Source: Narcine bancroftii
Taxonomy: Eukaryota
DNA length: 64,000 nt
Direction: 5' to 3'
Assembly (NCBI RefSeq): GCF_036971445.1
Contig: NC_091480.1
Location: forward strand, 61,816,001 to 61,880,000
Program-made: the position numbers and the translations under genes
Notes under the pieces: model-generated
What the model saw: the letters and a program-made list of their open reading frames with translations, nothing else
What the model was told of the DNA's origin: nothing
Databases searched by the model: none
Part shown: positions 46,261-60,945 of the stretch, one piece after another
Layout of the letters: every line of letters starts with the position of its first letter
How positions within the stretch are numbered: the stretch's first letter is position 1

Positions 46261-46544
46261 CTCCTAACAATCTTCTAAGACTGTTTGCAAAGGTCAGGGA
46301 CCCTCTACCCACAAGTTGAACAGGGTTACACTACACAACAGTCCAACAATGAAATGGACACTTTAAACAATGAAAAGCATACATTTGAGCATTGGAAAGA
46401 TAACCACACACAATGACCCTTTCAACTGTGACATTCAAATTGGACCTTCCAAAGGTGCAACTGCATCATTGTACATTTATAAAATGTGCATTACTCAGAG
46501 GACACTTTTCAAATAATCAAAACTCAAGAGCACACCTTTAACTC

Positions 46545-46806
46545 CTCCTTCCCATCAGACAGAAGATACAAGAGGTTGAAAACATAAACCTCCTGATTCA
46601 AGGGCAGTTTCTTTCCTGTTCTTATCACTCAGACTCTGGAATGGACCTCTCACTGTGTCTGCAATGTTTACTCTACACCCTTCACTGTTTGACTTATTGG
46701 AACACTGCTGTTTCTTTACTGCCTGTTGACTTGCCTGGATAAAGCACAAAACAAAGCTTTTCACTGTATCTTGGAACATGTGACATTGAACAATTCAATT
46801 CAATTC
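46545..46806 (+). mobile_element. L2-like LINE 3' fragment (related minus-strand pieces at ~53290-53720)
   Basis: LLPS..RY...FK.SFFP-type ORF end with (AATTC)n tail. Confidence 0.5.
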
Positions 46807-47190
46807 ACCAGTACAACATTTTAAGGGATAACTTTGGAAATCTCACACTCAAATGCACAATTCATTGTGCAATCCTGAGATTCACAGCAGACATATCGGC
46901 ATATTCCAAAGTTACAATGCTCAAATTGATATCTTTTATGTACAAAGTACTTGTGTGGCTCCAGCAGGTCAGAATTTCGATACATATGAACATTGTACTC
47001 ATGTGTATGACAACAAACTCCTATTCATTATCAAAGACTCAACACTCCTCGAATGTGCTACATTGAGGAAGCATCACACTCAAATAGATTCTTTCCAACT
47101 GCACAAAACTGTGAAGGGCACATTTCAAAAACAAAATTACAAATGAACATTCTTTAGAAGTATGTAATGTGTCAATTGTAGTTTTACGAC

Positions 47191-50100
47191 GGGAAGGAGT
47201 CACGTGATGTAGTGGCCGGTAGGAGAATACCAGCCATCTCCAGAAAAAAAGGAAAAAAGTGAGGGAAAAACAAAGCCCCAGACACACTAATCACAACAAA
47301 TAAAAAATAAAGGTGTGGAGAAAATGGCACCAAAGAAAAGAAAAGGCAAAAATAACAGGAAGAAGAAAGAAAGACGCCTGAAGAGAAAGGTGAAGGCCTT
47401 ACCTGTACGAAGAAGCATGGACCCGCCGTGGAAAGAGGAGCCCACTCCCTGAGGTCAGTGGAGACCCTGCAGGGTCGCGACCCATCGAACGCAGGACTGC
47501 AAAGATGGCTCACGGAGACAAACAGAGGTGCGCAACCACGCATGCATGAGGAATCGCGCATACGTGATGCGCACCGACGGGAGGGGGGACAAGCTGTGGA
47601 GTGGAACTCTACAGCACGAACAGCTGAGAAAGACCCGACAGCAGGGCTCCCAGCAGGAAGATATACAAAATATTGGGAATGGGAGGGGTGAGAATGCAAA
47701 AAGGAAACCAGAGACACAACAGATAAACAGCCCAGAAGCAGAGGACCAACATCAAGACACCATAAAAAAAAATATCCAACAAACTGAGACAAGCAGCCTA
47801 ACAAAAAAGTCAGAAGAGACACAGATACAAGGAAGAGCAGTAGAAGACACAAACCCTAGAGCAGACACAGAAGAAGAAGAAGGAGAACATCAAGCTCTGC
47901 ACAGAGAAATAGAAGATAAAGTGAATGGACAGTACATAGATTAAAAAAAATTTTCAAGAATATATGGAAGCATTAAAAGAATGGCTGACACGAGAATTTA
48001 GTGAAATAAAAAGAAAAATGAAAAGTACAGAAGAAAAAGTGAATAGATTAGAGATGGTCATAACAGAAATAGGGAAAAGATTAGACAAGGTGGAACGAGA
48101 AACAGCCGTAGAAATGGAAGTGAACGACTTAAAAATAAAATTGGAAGAAACTGATAAAAAAAGTTAAAGAAACACAGGAGTTGTTAGTTCAGAAGATGGA
48201 TATAATGGAAAACTGTAATAGGAGAAACAATATAAAGATAGTGGGCCTTAAGGAAGATGAAGAAGGCAAAGATATGAAAGAATTTATAAAAGAATGGATC
48301 CCCAAGGTACTGGGAATGCCAGAAATGCAGGAAGGAATGGAAATAGAAAGGGCACACAGAACATTAGCCCCGAAACCACAGTCACAACAAAAACCAAGAT
48401 CCACTTTAGTAAAATTCCTGAGATATACGACAAGAGAAAATATATTGGAGAAGGCAATGAAAAAAATGAGAAAAGACAAAAAAAACCACTGGAATACAAA
48501 GGCCAAAAAAATTTTTTCTACCCAGACATAAGTTTTGAGCTCCTGAAGAAGAGGAAGAAGTTTAACGCAGCAAAATCAATCCTATGGAAGAAAGGCTATA
48601 AATTTATGTTAAGATATCCAGCAGTGCTTTAAATAGTTATCCCGGGGCAGCAAAACAGACGGTTCTCAGATCCGGAGAAAGCACGAGAATTTGCAGAATG
48701 CCTGCAAGACAGAAAGAGAGATGAAGAGATAAAAGAAAAATAATGTATAAGAAAGAACTAAGGAGGGGAAGAAAAGGGAAGAAAGGAAGTAAGTGGGGAA
48801 TAAAGAGGGTGAGCTTTGTTATATGTGAAGATAAAAGTCTTTTCTGGAGGGGGTTGGGTGGGAGAGAATAACAGTCACTGCGAAATCAGTTGACGGGGAG
48901 TTGTGGTTGCCCGGCAAGGGACAAGGGGCAACTCAGAGAGGGGGGAGGGACATTTGGGGTTAAGGGAATTTTAGATGTGGGAATAGTGGAAATATTTTAT
49001 GTTTTAGAAGTGTTGTCTTATAGTGGGTTCAAAAAAAGAAAACAGAAATGGATATGGGGGAAAGGTGGTGATGAGGAAGCAGAAATGAGAGGTAAACAAA
49101 GTATGAAATGGCCATGTTGAACTACATGACTATAAATATTAACAGAATACATAACCAAATCAAAAGGAAGAGGCTGTTAAATTTACTGAAGAAAGAAAAA
49201 ATTGATATAGCATTCGTGCAGGAAACATATCTAACTGAAGTGGAACACAAGAAATTAAAGAGAGACTGGGTAGGGCACGTAACGGCACCATCATATAATT
49301 CAAAAGCCAGAGGAGTAGCTATATTAATCAATAAAAATATACCAATCAAAATAGAGGAGGAAATAATAGATCCAGCAGGGAGGTATGTAATGATAAAGAA
49401 TCAGATATATTCAGAATTTTGGAATTTGCTCAATGTATATGCACCTAAAGAAGAGGATTAAAAATTTATGAAAGATATCTTTTTGAAGATTGCAGATACG
49501 CAGGGGAATATACTGATAGGAGGGGACTTTAACCTTAATTTGGACTCAAAAATGGATAAAACTGATAAAAAGAACAAAGTAACCAAATTTATGGTTAAAT
49601 CGATGCAGGAAATGCAACTTTTGGATATATGGAGAAGACAACACCCAAAGGAGAAGGAATGCTCATATTATTCGAGTAGACATAAAACATACTCAAGGAT
49701 TGACCTGTTCCTGTTGTCAGCCCATATCCAAGGGAGGGTTAGGAAAACGGAATATAAAGCTAGATTGTTATCGGATCACTCACCCCTGTTATTAGCAATA
49801 GAGCTAGAGGACATCCCACCGAGAACGTATAGATGGAGATTAAACTCCATGCTACTTAAAAGACAGGATTTTAGAGAATTAATTAAGCGACAAATTAAAA
49901 TGTACTTTGAAATAAATACGGAATCAGTGAAAGATAAATTTATATTATGGGATGCAATGAAAGCCTTCATCAGAGGGCAGATAATAAGTTTTGTAACTAA
50001 GATGAAGAAGGACTACAATCGGGAAATAGAACAGCTGGAAAGGGAAATAGCAGGTACAGAAAAAGAATTAGTAACAAGGGAAGATACAACTAAAAGAGAA

Positions 50101-53100
50101 TTGGCGGACAAAAAAATAAAATACAAAACACTACAAACGTACAAGGTGGAGAAGAACATAATGAGGACAAAGTAGAAGTATTATGAGCTAGGAGAAAAAA
50201 ACGCACAAAATACTAGCTTGGCAGCTTAAAACAGAACAAACTAAAAGAACGGTATTGGCATCAAGGAAAAGGACAAACAAATTACATATAACCCAACAGC
50301 GATCAATGAAAACTTCAAGAAATGAGCAATTATATCGAACTGAGAATGAAGGGAAAGAAGACAAAATAGTTGAGTTTCTAGCTAAAACTGAACTACCGAA
50401 ATTGCAAGAAGAGGAGCAAAACAAATTAATAAAATCATTTGAAATAGAGGAAATACAGGATATCTTAAATAAACTACCGAACAATAAAACGCCGGGAGAG
50501 GACAGACTCCCAGTAGAATTCTATAAAACATTTAAAGACTTATTAATTCCTCCTCTCCTGGAAGTAATGAACCAGATTGAAGAAACACAAAACATGCCAG
50601 ATTCATGCAAAACAGCAATAATTACAGTAATACCAAAGACAGGGAAAGATCCACTAACACCAGCATCGTATAGAGCAATATCTCTACTCAACTCAGATTA
50701 TAAGATAATAGCGAAACTATTAGCAAACGGATTGGCCTACTGTGTACTAAAAATAGTAAAACTAGATCAAACTGGATTTATTAAGAAAATATGAACAACG
50801 GAGAATATCTGTAAGTTCATTAACTTAATGCATGCAGTACAAGGAAACAAGATGCCAACAGTGGCGGTTGCCTTAGATGCAGAGAAAGCCTTTGACAGAG
50901 TAGAATGGAATTATTTATTCAAAGTACTACAGAGGTTCAACCTACCAGAGAAATATATTAATTGGATTAAAGCATTCTATAAGGGACCATTGGCGAAGGT
51001 GACAGTAAATGGATATATATCAAACCAATTTAAATTAAGCAGGTCAACTAGGCAGGGATGTCCACTATCTCCCTCACTGTTCGTGTTAGCTATAGAACCC
51101 TTGTCAGAACTGAAAGGAACAGAAAATAAAATGAGGGATAAAAATAAAAGAGAAGGAATATAAAATCAGTCTATTTGCAGATGACGTCATAGTATACTTA
51201 ACAGAACCAGAATTATCAATAAAAGAATTACATAAGAAATTGAAGGAATATGGAGAAATATTGGGGTACAAGATCAATGCAAATAAAAATGAAGCCATGC
51301 CAATGAATAATGTGGATTTCACAAAGTTTAAGAAAGAATCACCATTTTAAATGGCAAACACAAGCAATCCGATACCTAGGTATTCAACTAGATAATAATC
51401 TAGGCCATCTATACAAATTAAATTATCAGCCATTAATGAAGAAATTACAAGGTGACTTAGAACATTGGAAAGATTTACCACTAATACTGATAGGAAGGGC
51501 AATTTGCATTAAAATGAATATCTTCCCAAGGATACAATACCTATTTCAATCGTTACCAATTCACCTAACAGAGAAATTCTTCAAGGAGCTAAAGAAAATA
51601 ATAAGGAAATTCTTATGGAAAGGGGGAAATTCTTATGGAAAGGGGGGAAACCGAGGATAGCACTAGATAAATTAACAGAATGGTACAAACAAGGGGGCTT
51701 ACAGCTTTAAGAATTTTTATAGAGCACCACAATTAAGATACCCATCAGATTTTTATCAAACAAGGGAAAAACCAGATTGGACCAGATTAAAGCTAGATAA
51801 AATAGGGGAGAAGGCACCTGAACATATACTATATAAGTGGGATGAAAAGCTGGTGCAACATAGGAATTCACCACTACTGCACCATCTGCTGAACATTTGG
51901 AAGAAGATTCACGTAGAAAGGAAAAAAACAAATTACCAACTACCAAAATTAATATTGACGCAAAATCAACTAATCCCTTTCACGATAGATAACCTTTCCT
52001 TTAGAGAATGGGAGAGAAAAGGGATCAAAAGAATAGAAAATTGTTTTTTGGGAAATAAATTATTATCTTTTGAACAAATTAAGTACAAATATGGTATAAC
52101 TCACGGTACAATGTTTGCATACCACCAACTGAAAACCTACTTGAAGGACAAATTGGGAAACAGGGTGAGGTTACCAGAATGAAGCAATTTTGAATATGTG
52201 ATTACAGACACAATGATAATTAAAAGATTTATAACAAACATGTACATCAAACTGCAAGAGAAAGAGAACGATGAAATAAGCTGTAAACCCAAACAAAAGT
52301 GGGAACAAGATCTAAACATAAAGATAAAGAATGAAACATGGGAAAAGCTATGCTCCGGAACTATGAGAAATACAATAAACAGGAGGTTACGCGTGATACA
52401 TCACAGGCTATACACCATGCCCCAAAAGTTAAATAAATGGGACCCAACAGTATCAGATAGATGTTTTCGCTGTAAGATGGAAACAGGAACAACAGTACAT
52501 GCAATTTGGGCATGTGAGAAAGTGGAAAAGTTTTGGGAAGATCTAAATCAGGTATTAAATAAAATCACAAAAAATAACATACCAAAAAATCCAGAGATCT
52601 TTCTTCTAAGTAATATAAGAAGTAAAGAACTTGGCCTCGATTTAGATGAAGCACAAAAAAGATTTATTATGATAGCCTTAGTTGTAGCAAAAAAATGTAT
52701 AATGTCAACCTGGAAATCAGAAGAGAGCCTGAGAGTACAGCAATGGTACATAGAAATGAATAAATGTATTTCATTGGAAAAAATAACATATAATTTAAGA
52801 AATAACATCACAGTATTCGAACAAATTTGGGAACCGCACATGGAACACAACAGAGAAGTCGTACCACGGACCTCCACCACCTAAAATGACAGAACAAGAA
52901 GAAGACGAAATGAACTGACCCAGTGTGTAAAAGTAGATGACACAATTTTCTTATTTATTTTCATTGTGTGATGACATTGTTTAATGGGTTTAATGTATTG
53001 TATATGTTGAACGTTTAGTGGGTGGGGAGGGGGCTGGGAAGGAGGGAGGAAAGGGAGGGGGGAAAAGGGGAGAAAATGACACTATATTCAAGAGGGAAAT

Positions 53101-53157
53101 GTTTACGTGTATTTTGGTCAATATGGTTCATAGTGTGAAAAACAAAATTTTTTTAAA
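47191..53157 (+). mobile_element. Full-length L1 (copy D), older, antisense in CCNT1 intron 3
   Basis: 17-bp TSD AATTGTAGTTTTAC(G/A)AC at 47174-47190 and 53158-53174; ORF1 pieces 47528-48632; ORF2 49108-52884 with many disablements. Confidence 0.95.
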
Positions 53158-53841
53158 AATTGTAGTTTTACAACAATCAAATGGACACTATCAAATGTTT
53201 CAACACTCAAATGGACACTGGAGAATGATGCATGTTTCAAAAGAGACTGCTACAATTGTGCAACGCATTAAATGGACTCTTCCAGCTGTGTGAAGTTCAA
53301 GTTCAAATTTACAGTCACGTGGACCAAGGTACAGTGAGGAAGTTCATTTTGCGAGCAGTTCAGCAGGTAAAACACCGTAGAGAGCAGGGTTCAGAATCAA
53401 AATCTGTTGTCATGAACAAGTCATGGTTACAGAGAAATCAGTTAGATCGGAGCAGACAACATCATTTCACCTGTGTTAGGTTTTATTCAGGAGTCTGATA
53501 ACAACGGGAAAGAATCTGTCGCCTAATCTAGCGGGGCGAGATCCCACACTCCAGAATCTTCTCCACAACAGGATGGGAATGAAGAGTGTGGCCGGGGTGG
53601 GATGTCTTTTAATATTTTTGGCAGTTTTTCTGAGGCAGTGAGGTGTAGGCAGAATTGATGGGCAAGGGGGGGGGGGGGTCTTTGAGTGATGGTCTGGACC
53701 ATGTTCACAACACTCCATGGTTTAAATGGGCATTACCTTTCGAGCTTGCAACTCTACACCAACGCATCTGAAAACAAATGGAATGCCAAGATCCTGGAGT
53801 GTGGTGACGTTCACACCAAGTGGAGACTGGGTGGGACTTAC

Positions 53842-53970
53842 CTCACTCTTAATGTCTGGTGGGGGCTCTTGTGGATTCAGGCAGGCATGAGCCACTTTAA
53901 TGACATGCTCCAGTTTGCGAGGTTGCTCTTCCACCTTGGCAGCCAGGAAGAGAGTAGCAGGGGCGATGGT
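53842..53970 (-). CDS. CCNT1: Cyclin T1 exon 3 (129 nt)
   Basis: [46 protein letters not shown] and GTAAGT boundaries. Confidence 0.97.
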
Positions 53971-54049
53971 CTATGCAAAACACAACCCAGGGTCAGGGAA
54001 TGAGAACAGACGGAACTAGACGGAGACTGGATGTCATATTATACTCATT

Positions 54050-55095
54050 TAAATGTTGTGGTCATTACAGAGACTTGGCTAATGCAGGTTCCGAGGTTTA
54101 GATGCTTTGAAAGGGATAGGATGGGAGGTAAAAGAGGAAGTGGGGAGTAGCATTACTGGTCAGGAATAGTATCACAGCTGCAGAAAGGGAGGATGCTGTG
54201 AAGGGAGTCGGTTTGGGTGGAAGTCAGAAATGGGAAGGGAGCAATCACAGTACTGGGAGTAGTCTATACGCTCTTAAATAACCCTTGGGATACTGAGGAG
54301 CAGATACATAGACAGATTTTGGAATGGTACAGCAATTACAGGGTTGTTGTTATGGGAGACTTCAACTTCCCAAATATTGACTGATGGGGCAGAATTTGTC
54401 AGATGTGTCCAAGGATTCCTGACACACTATGTGGACCAGCTGTGCTTGCTTTGGTAGCACATATACTAAAAACCTATGTGGACCAGTCAACTAGAGGAGA
54501 GGCCATACTGGATCTAGTACTGGGTAATGAATCTGGTCAGGTGAGGGAACATTTCGGTGAGAGTGACCAGAACTCCCTGAGCTTTAGCATAGCTAAGGAC
54601 AAGATAAAAGCAGACAAAAATGGTAAAGAGTTTAAATGGGAAGGACTAATTATGAAGGGATGAGAAGGGAATTAGGGAGAGAAAAATGGGAAGATGTTCA
54701 CAGGAGAAAGCAGAGAAGTAATGTGGCAGATGTTTAGACACCACTTCTGCGGGGTTCTGGATAGGTTTGTCCCACTGAGACAGGGAAAAGATGGTAGGTC
54801 AAAACAGGTGAGGTGATTAGTTAAGAGGAAGAAGGAAGCATACATTAGATTTAGGAAGCAGGAAACAGGAAGGGCTCATAAGAATTACAATGATAGCCAG
54901 GAAGGGACTTAAGAAAGGACTTAGGACAACTAGAAGGGGGCATTAGAAGGCCTTGGCAAGTAGGATTAAGGAAAATCCTAAGGTATTCTATGCATACGTG
55001 AAGAACAGAAGGATGACAAGAGTGATAGTAGGGCTGCTTAAGGATAAAGGAGGCAACATGTGCCGGAGGCAAAGGAGAAAAGTACTTTGTTCAAT
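54050..55095 (+). mobile_element. Old CR1 ORF2 endonuclease-region fragment
   Basis: ITETWL, VMGDFNFPNID, TRGEAILDLVLGN, EHFGESD. Confidence 0.8.
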
Positions 55096-55802
55096 ATGAG
55101 GTCAGAATAGAGGTAAGACAGAGCTCAAGCAGCTCAAATGAGATTTATTACTTCTTATTTTTGAAGTAGAAAAACTGGCGTGGATTAAAATAGAATTGGA
55201 TCAAATAGGAGAGAGATTAGCAGAGGAATTCATATATAAATGGGATTCAAAATTAATAACTGGTGTTAAAGGGACACCATTGTTAAAACACAATTACTGT
55301 TTGGAACACGATAAATGACAAAATCAGAACAAAAGGAAGTAAATCACCTAAGATGCCTTTGATTCAAAATCATCTTGTATCTTTATCAAAGGACAATCAG
55401 TTTTTAACTACTTGGTTTAGTAAAGGGATTAAAATATTGAAGTTTGTTATGAACAAGGCCAATTGATGTCATTTGAACAACTAAAGAATAAATAAGGAAT
55501 AATTAATAATACTCTTTTCTGTTATTTTCCATTGAGAGGATATTTGAGGGAAAAGTTAGGCCCAGCGATGCTGTTATCTACTTGTAGTGAGGTGGACACT
55601 CTTTATTAGGAGAGGAAATACTAAGGAATTTACTTCTGCAAAGTAGCTTTTATTACTAAACATAAATCTAGATAGAAATGGAGTTGGATTTGAATGTTAC
55701 AGTTGATGAGCAAAGATGGTCAGATCTGTTGACATTGTATAACAAACACTATTAATGTAAGATAAAGATTAGTTCAGTTCAATTTTTTACATCAGCTATA
55801 TC

Positions 55803-58800
55803 TTTTTTTGAATATTTTATTTTTGATTTCTTTTTCATAAACATACATAGTAAACTCTCCAATATCAAAGTATAAAACATTTTCTTACAAAAAAAAACAA
55901 ACAAAACAACCCCCTCCCTTTTCACAGTATAAATCCACACACCATCAGGGCTCACATTTATGTTGACTATAAAAAAATTCTCAATGGGGAAGTCACTTGC
56001 ATTTATACTTTAGCAGCATTTATTATTATCCTTTTTATTATTGTACTTATAATTACAATTGGGCCCCTATATGACCCAAATACAGCTGCCGTATTTTGAT
56101 AAACGTCATTTTTGTTCTTTAAAATTTTTCCATAGGTATGCAACTATTCATCTAAGTAGTCCATTGTGTTGTCTGTAGAGGGGAGTTGGATTTCCATGTA
56201 ATTGCAATACATTTCTTAGCTGCAGCTAAAGCTATTTTAACAAATGAAATTTGGAATTTAGTTAATTTTTTGTTTATTTCAATAAAGTTGCCCAAAAGAT
56301 AAATATCTGGATCACCCGTGAAGGCCATCCCCGTTATCCTTGTTAATATTTCTGACAGAAAGGTTTCACCTTCACACACGTCCACGTAGCATGTAAAAAC
56401 ATTTCTCTTTCTATCTCACACCTAAAATACATCTTCGATATTTCAGATTTTGATTTATGCACCTTCTGTGGTGTGAGATATAATTGGTGCAGGAAATTAT
56501 ATTGTTCTAATCTGTATCTTGCATTTATAATTGACGTCATGCTGTTCAAACACCAATCAGACCAACATTTTTCCATTATTGCAACACCAAGATGCAACTC
56601 CCATCTCTCTCTCTCGATCTCTGTAAACGTGGTTTTGCACTTTCATTCTGGAGAGCATAGTACATCTTAGTTATAAATTTAGGTGTATTTCCAGCCAAAT
56701 TGTTTGCTCCATTTCACTAATTTCAAGTGGGGCCAAATTTGACCCCCATCTTTCTCTTAGGAACAACAAAAGAAAGTCACTCTGTTCAAAAGTTAATTGT
56801 TCAAAAGACATGAGAGATCCCTCCACAAACAGTCATCAATATATTTTATTCCTTTGTCATATCATGAATGCAATATTTTGCTGCCCAGATTCATAGGCAA
56901 CAATAATTTTTACATAATGGTGTTCTTAGTGATATATTTTTTTCCAATACACTCATTGATTTCTTGCCATATTCTAATCTTATGTATTAATATAGGGTAA
57001 TCCATCTTTTTTGTTATTAACTTAACATTCCACTTGTAAATAAAGTCCTTTGCTGTCTTCTATTGATTTCAATCCCAATTGGATCCAAGGAGGACTGTCT
57101 TTTTCAAAAAAGGATGAGAAAAGTCTAGCTTGTGCTGATAAATAATACTTCTTAAAATCTGGAAGCCTAAATCCACCCAGTTTATAATCCCATGTTAACT
57201 TTTCCAATGTACTTCTTGGCACTTTTTTATTCCATAGGAATTATCTTATGTAATTATTTATAATTAAATTAAATTTTTAGTTAGTGCAATAAAAGTAATC
57301 TGCAAGTCTTTCCATTTCTGTAAATCTTTCTCAATTTTTTTTATGAGGAGAGTAATTAAACTTATATAAGTTCTGTAAATTATTATCTGTCATTATTCCT
57401 AAATATTTGATTCCATCTATCTTTCATTTAAATCTAATTGATTTAAATCTAATTTGATTTCATAATCAAAATTCTTCAATGGTATTATCTCACTCTTGTC
57501 CTGATTTATGTTCTTCTTGTCCAACTTTGAAGCCCTTAATATGTCTCTCTCCTTATAATTTCCACCAGCAGTCCATTCGCTAGGATAAAAAGTGCTGGGA
57601 ACAGAGGACACCCTTGTCTACTTGATCTACTCAAGGGAAAAACCATTGACATCTGATTATTAGTTTTAATTTTGTCTTGTAGTTTATGATAAAGAGTTTT
57701 ATCCAATTTATAAATTTTCTGCCAATACCAAATTTTTCCCAAGTTTTAAATAGAAAAGTCCATTCTGATTGATCAAATGCTTTTTCTGCATCTAGAGAGA
57801 TGGTTATGCTTGGATTCAAGTTTGATTTTGCTCTATGTATTATATTAAAGAGTCTACCTAGACTATTTGAAGAAACGTCTTCCTTGGACAAATCCCACCT
57901 GGTCTGTATGTTTTAATTTTGGTAGATATTGTCCCAATCTATTAGTTAGCGCCTTTGCCAATATTTTATAATCAGCATTCAGAAGTGATATAGGATTAAG
58001 TTTTTAATGGGTCTCTACTTTTCTTCGGTAGCACTGTAAGTATAGCAGTTGAGAAAGATTCCAGGAGGATCTGGGTCTCAACCGTCTGCCAGTCTAATAC
58101 ATCCATCATAAGAGACATCAATAAATCTTTAAATTGTCTATAGAATGCGGGAAGAAACCCATCCTCCCCCAGAGATTTGTTAGTTTGTAAAGTACCCACA
58201 GCTTTCTTGATTTTTTTCTCTTGTGAAGGAGGTATCTAAATCAACTCGTTCTCTAACTTCTAATTTTAAAAGTTCAACATTTGTTAAAAATTCATCCAAC
58301 TCATTTTCATCTCCTAATAGTTCTGATATATATAGTTTTGTATAATATTGACTAAAAAAACATTTATTTTTGATTATATGTTATATCGGCCTCTGTCTTT
58401 ATTGCATTTATCATTCTAGATGACTCTTCTGCCTTTAAATGCCAAGATAGGACTTTATGTGCTCGTTCTCCTAATTCATTTTTTTTTCTGTTCTATATAT
58501 TTGTAATGTTAGATTTCAGTTTTTTATTCTCTAATAATTATATTTTTCTTGTAACCCTGTGCTCTGATAATCTTTTTTTCCAATTTCTTTGTCTTTCTCT
58601 GAACCCTCCAACTCTGTAGCATATTCTCTCTTAAGACTTTTTGTATAAGAAATAATTTGTCCTCCTAGATAAGCTTTAAGCGCATCCCATATTCAAAAGC
58701 TATTATCCGTAGAAGATTAGTTTCACAAAATGATTCTATCTGTCTATTAATAAACTCGTAAAAGTCCTACTTTTTCAACAGTGTGGTATTGAGACATCAT

Positions 58801-60820
58801 CTATATACACTTTCTTGTATTTTCATTATCGCAATAATTAAAGTTAATGGCGAATGATTTGATAAAGGTCTCGCCAATTACCACATTTTTTTAACTGAGC
58901 AGATGTTAAAAACAAATCATTCCTTGAGTGGAACAGGGTTAAACTGCCTCCATGTATTAATCAAATTTAAATCCTTCATAAATAATAAGCCTTTGCCCTT
59001 GTCACTGTTCTGGCTGATGTATCTAGTACTGGATCTAGACAGAAATTGAAATCTCCTCCAACCAATTTATTTTATCTTCCCTCTGCTGTTTTTAAAAAGA
59101 TATCTTTCATAAAGGCTTCATCATCATAATTTGGTGCATAGATATAAAAGTCCATGATTCTGCTTAAATTTTGTGTGCCTTTACAGATCTTCCAGCTTGG
59201 TCAGTGTCTCTTCTATTATTATTGGTATATTTTTATTAATTAGAATTTCTACTCCTCTTGTTTTTGAGCCGAATGAAGACAATATTATTTGTCCCACCCA
59301 TCCTCTTTTTAATTTAGCATGTTCAGATTTGGAAGATATGTTTCTTGTAGAAAGACGATATCCGCCTTTAATTTTTTTAGATGAGTCAAGACCCGCTTTC
59401 TTTTCACCATTTCGTTTATCCCATTAACATTAAGACTAATAAATTTTAACATTCTATCCATATCGATTTTTAAACAAGTATTGTTTAACAATAAAACCTT
59501 TCTGATTATTTAAATAATATTGTTCTTTCCCCTTTAAAAAGCACATACAACGTCCCTGCCCTGACGGTGACATCTACAGGAAACCCCGAAAGCCCGCAGT
59601 AAAAGTCCGCAGAATCTCTCGAGTAAAAAGAACCCCTCCCTTTAATGCCATTTTTTTTGATACTCCTCTCTGGGTGCCATTCTTCCACCTTGCTACTACT
59701 TTTCCCAAGTTTTCACTTTTTACTGAGCTCTCTGTGAACATTTCAATAAAATTTACTTTTCAACAATAAATACAATAGTTTAGAAAAATACAACTTTTAC
59801 AGTCCCATTGTAAACATTCTTCACTGTGTTCCTCTTTGACAGCCTGTCTTTTCATAAACCTCGCAGTAAGTCTTCCACCTCATTCTTAGTCTTGAAAAAT
59901 CGCCGATGACCTTATGCTACTTTGACCCTCAGAGTCACGTGGTATATCATCAAATATTCCAAGTTTTGGAGCACAGTTGCCTTTTTACACTGTCATACTC
60001 CTTCCTTTGCTTAATCAAAGTAGGTCAAAAATCTTGAATAGCACTTTTTCATGGTCAATCTTGGGCGGGCCATTATTTTGCTTAGTGCTCCCAGAATTGT
60101 CTCCCATTCCTGGTAACTCTAAAGGCTTACCAGGACCAGTTGTGGTTATTGATTGCCGGCTCTCTGGGTCCGAGGGCCTGGTGAGTCGTTTCAATATGTA
60201 ATTTTTCTCTGAATTTCTCCCAACACTCGTGGGATCCATGTTTCAAAGAAGTTCACCAGATCTCTTCCCTCTATTCCTTCTTTCAGTTTGATAATTTGAA
60301 CATTGTTTCGTTTGGTAAAATTCTCCTTGTGGTCGATCTTGTCCAGCAGACCTTATCTGTCCGACTCCCATTTCTTCGCATCTTTCTCCAAAGCTTTTAG
60401 GTTATCTTGTGTTTTTACCAAGTCTGTTTCTCTGCTTGGGTCATTCTTTCCATTAAATCTTCAACAATTTTTTTAATTTCAATCATCCTTTCAGTTGTGG
60501 CTCTCATTGCAATGTCAACACCTGCAAATCGATTCCTCAAGTTTTCCATTTTCTTCATGATAATATTTAGTTCTTGTCCCGACTCTTCCAGGGTCCACTG
60601 GTCCCGAGGCCACTCTTACGCTACTCCCTTTTGGGTTTTCGCTCGATATTCCTGGCTGAGTAGAAACTCCCTCAATTTTTGTTCTTGGCTGCCTTGGTTT
60701 TTTAGTCCTTGTTTTGTCCATTTGATGGTGAAAAAGCTCTTAATTTTAAGATTTTAACCATCTTTTTGATACTCTTCACAGAGAGTTCAATCAAAACATG
60801 TCTAAGTCCTTCGCATGGCC
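55803..60820 (-). mobile_element. Full-length degenerate L1 of a second family
   Basis: TSD ACATCAGCTA(A)TATC at 55789-55802 and 60821-60835; ORF2 start LKFISLNVNGIN...VFLQET (59309-59491), SLDAEKAFD, RQGCPL; ORF1 remnants ~59850-60720. Confidence 0.85.
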
Positions 60821-60945
60821 ACATCAGCTAATATCTGACACCATAAAAATTGAATAAAATGAAAACACATTGATCAGATCAATGTTTTAGGTGTGGTTTG
60901 AAGAGACAGGAACTTTCTTGCTTTCAACTTGGTCATGTCCTAAGG

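Noticed and set aside
30873..53970. Assignment as CCNT2
   Set aside because: The C-terminal NML.SLL.AQGV and PPPPLPPLPK ending and the ACxAAKK junction match CCNT1.
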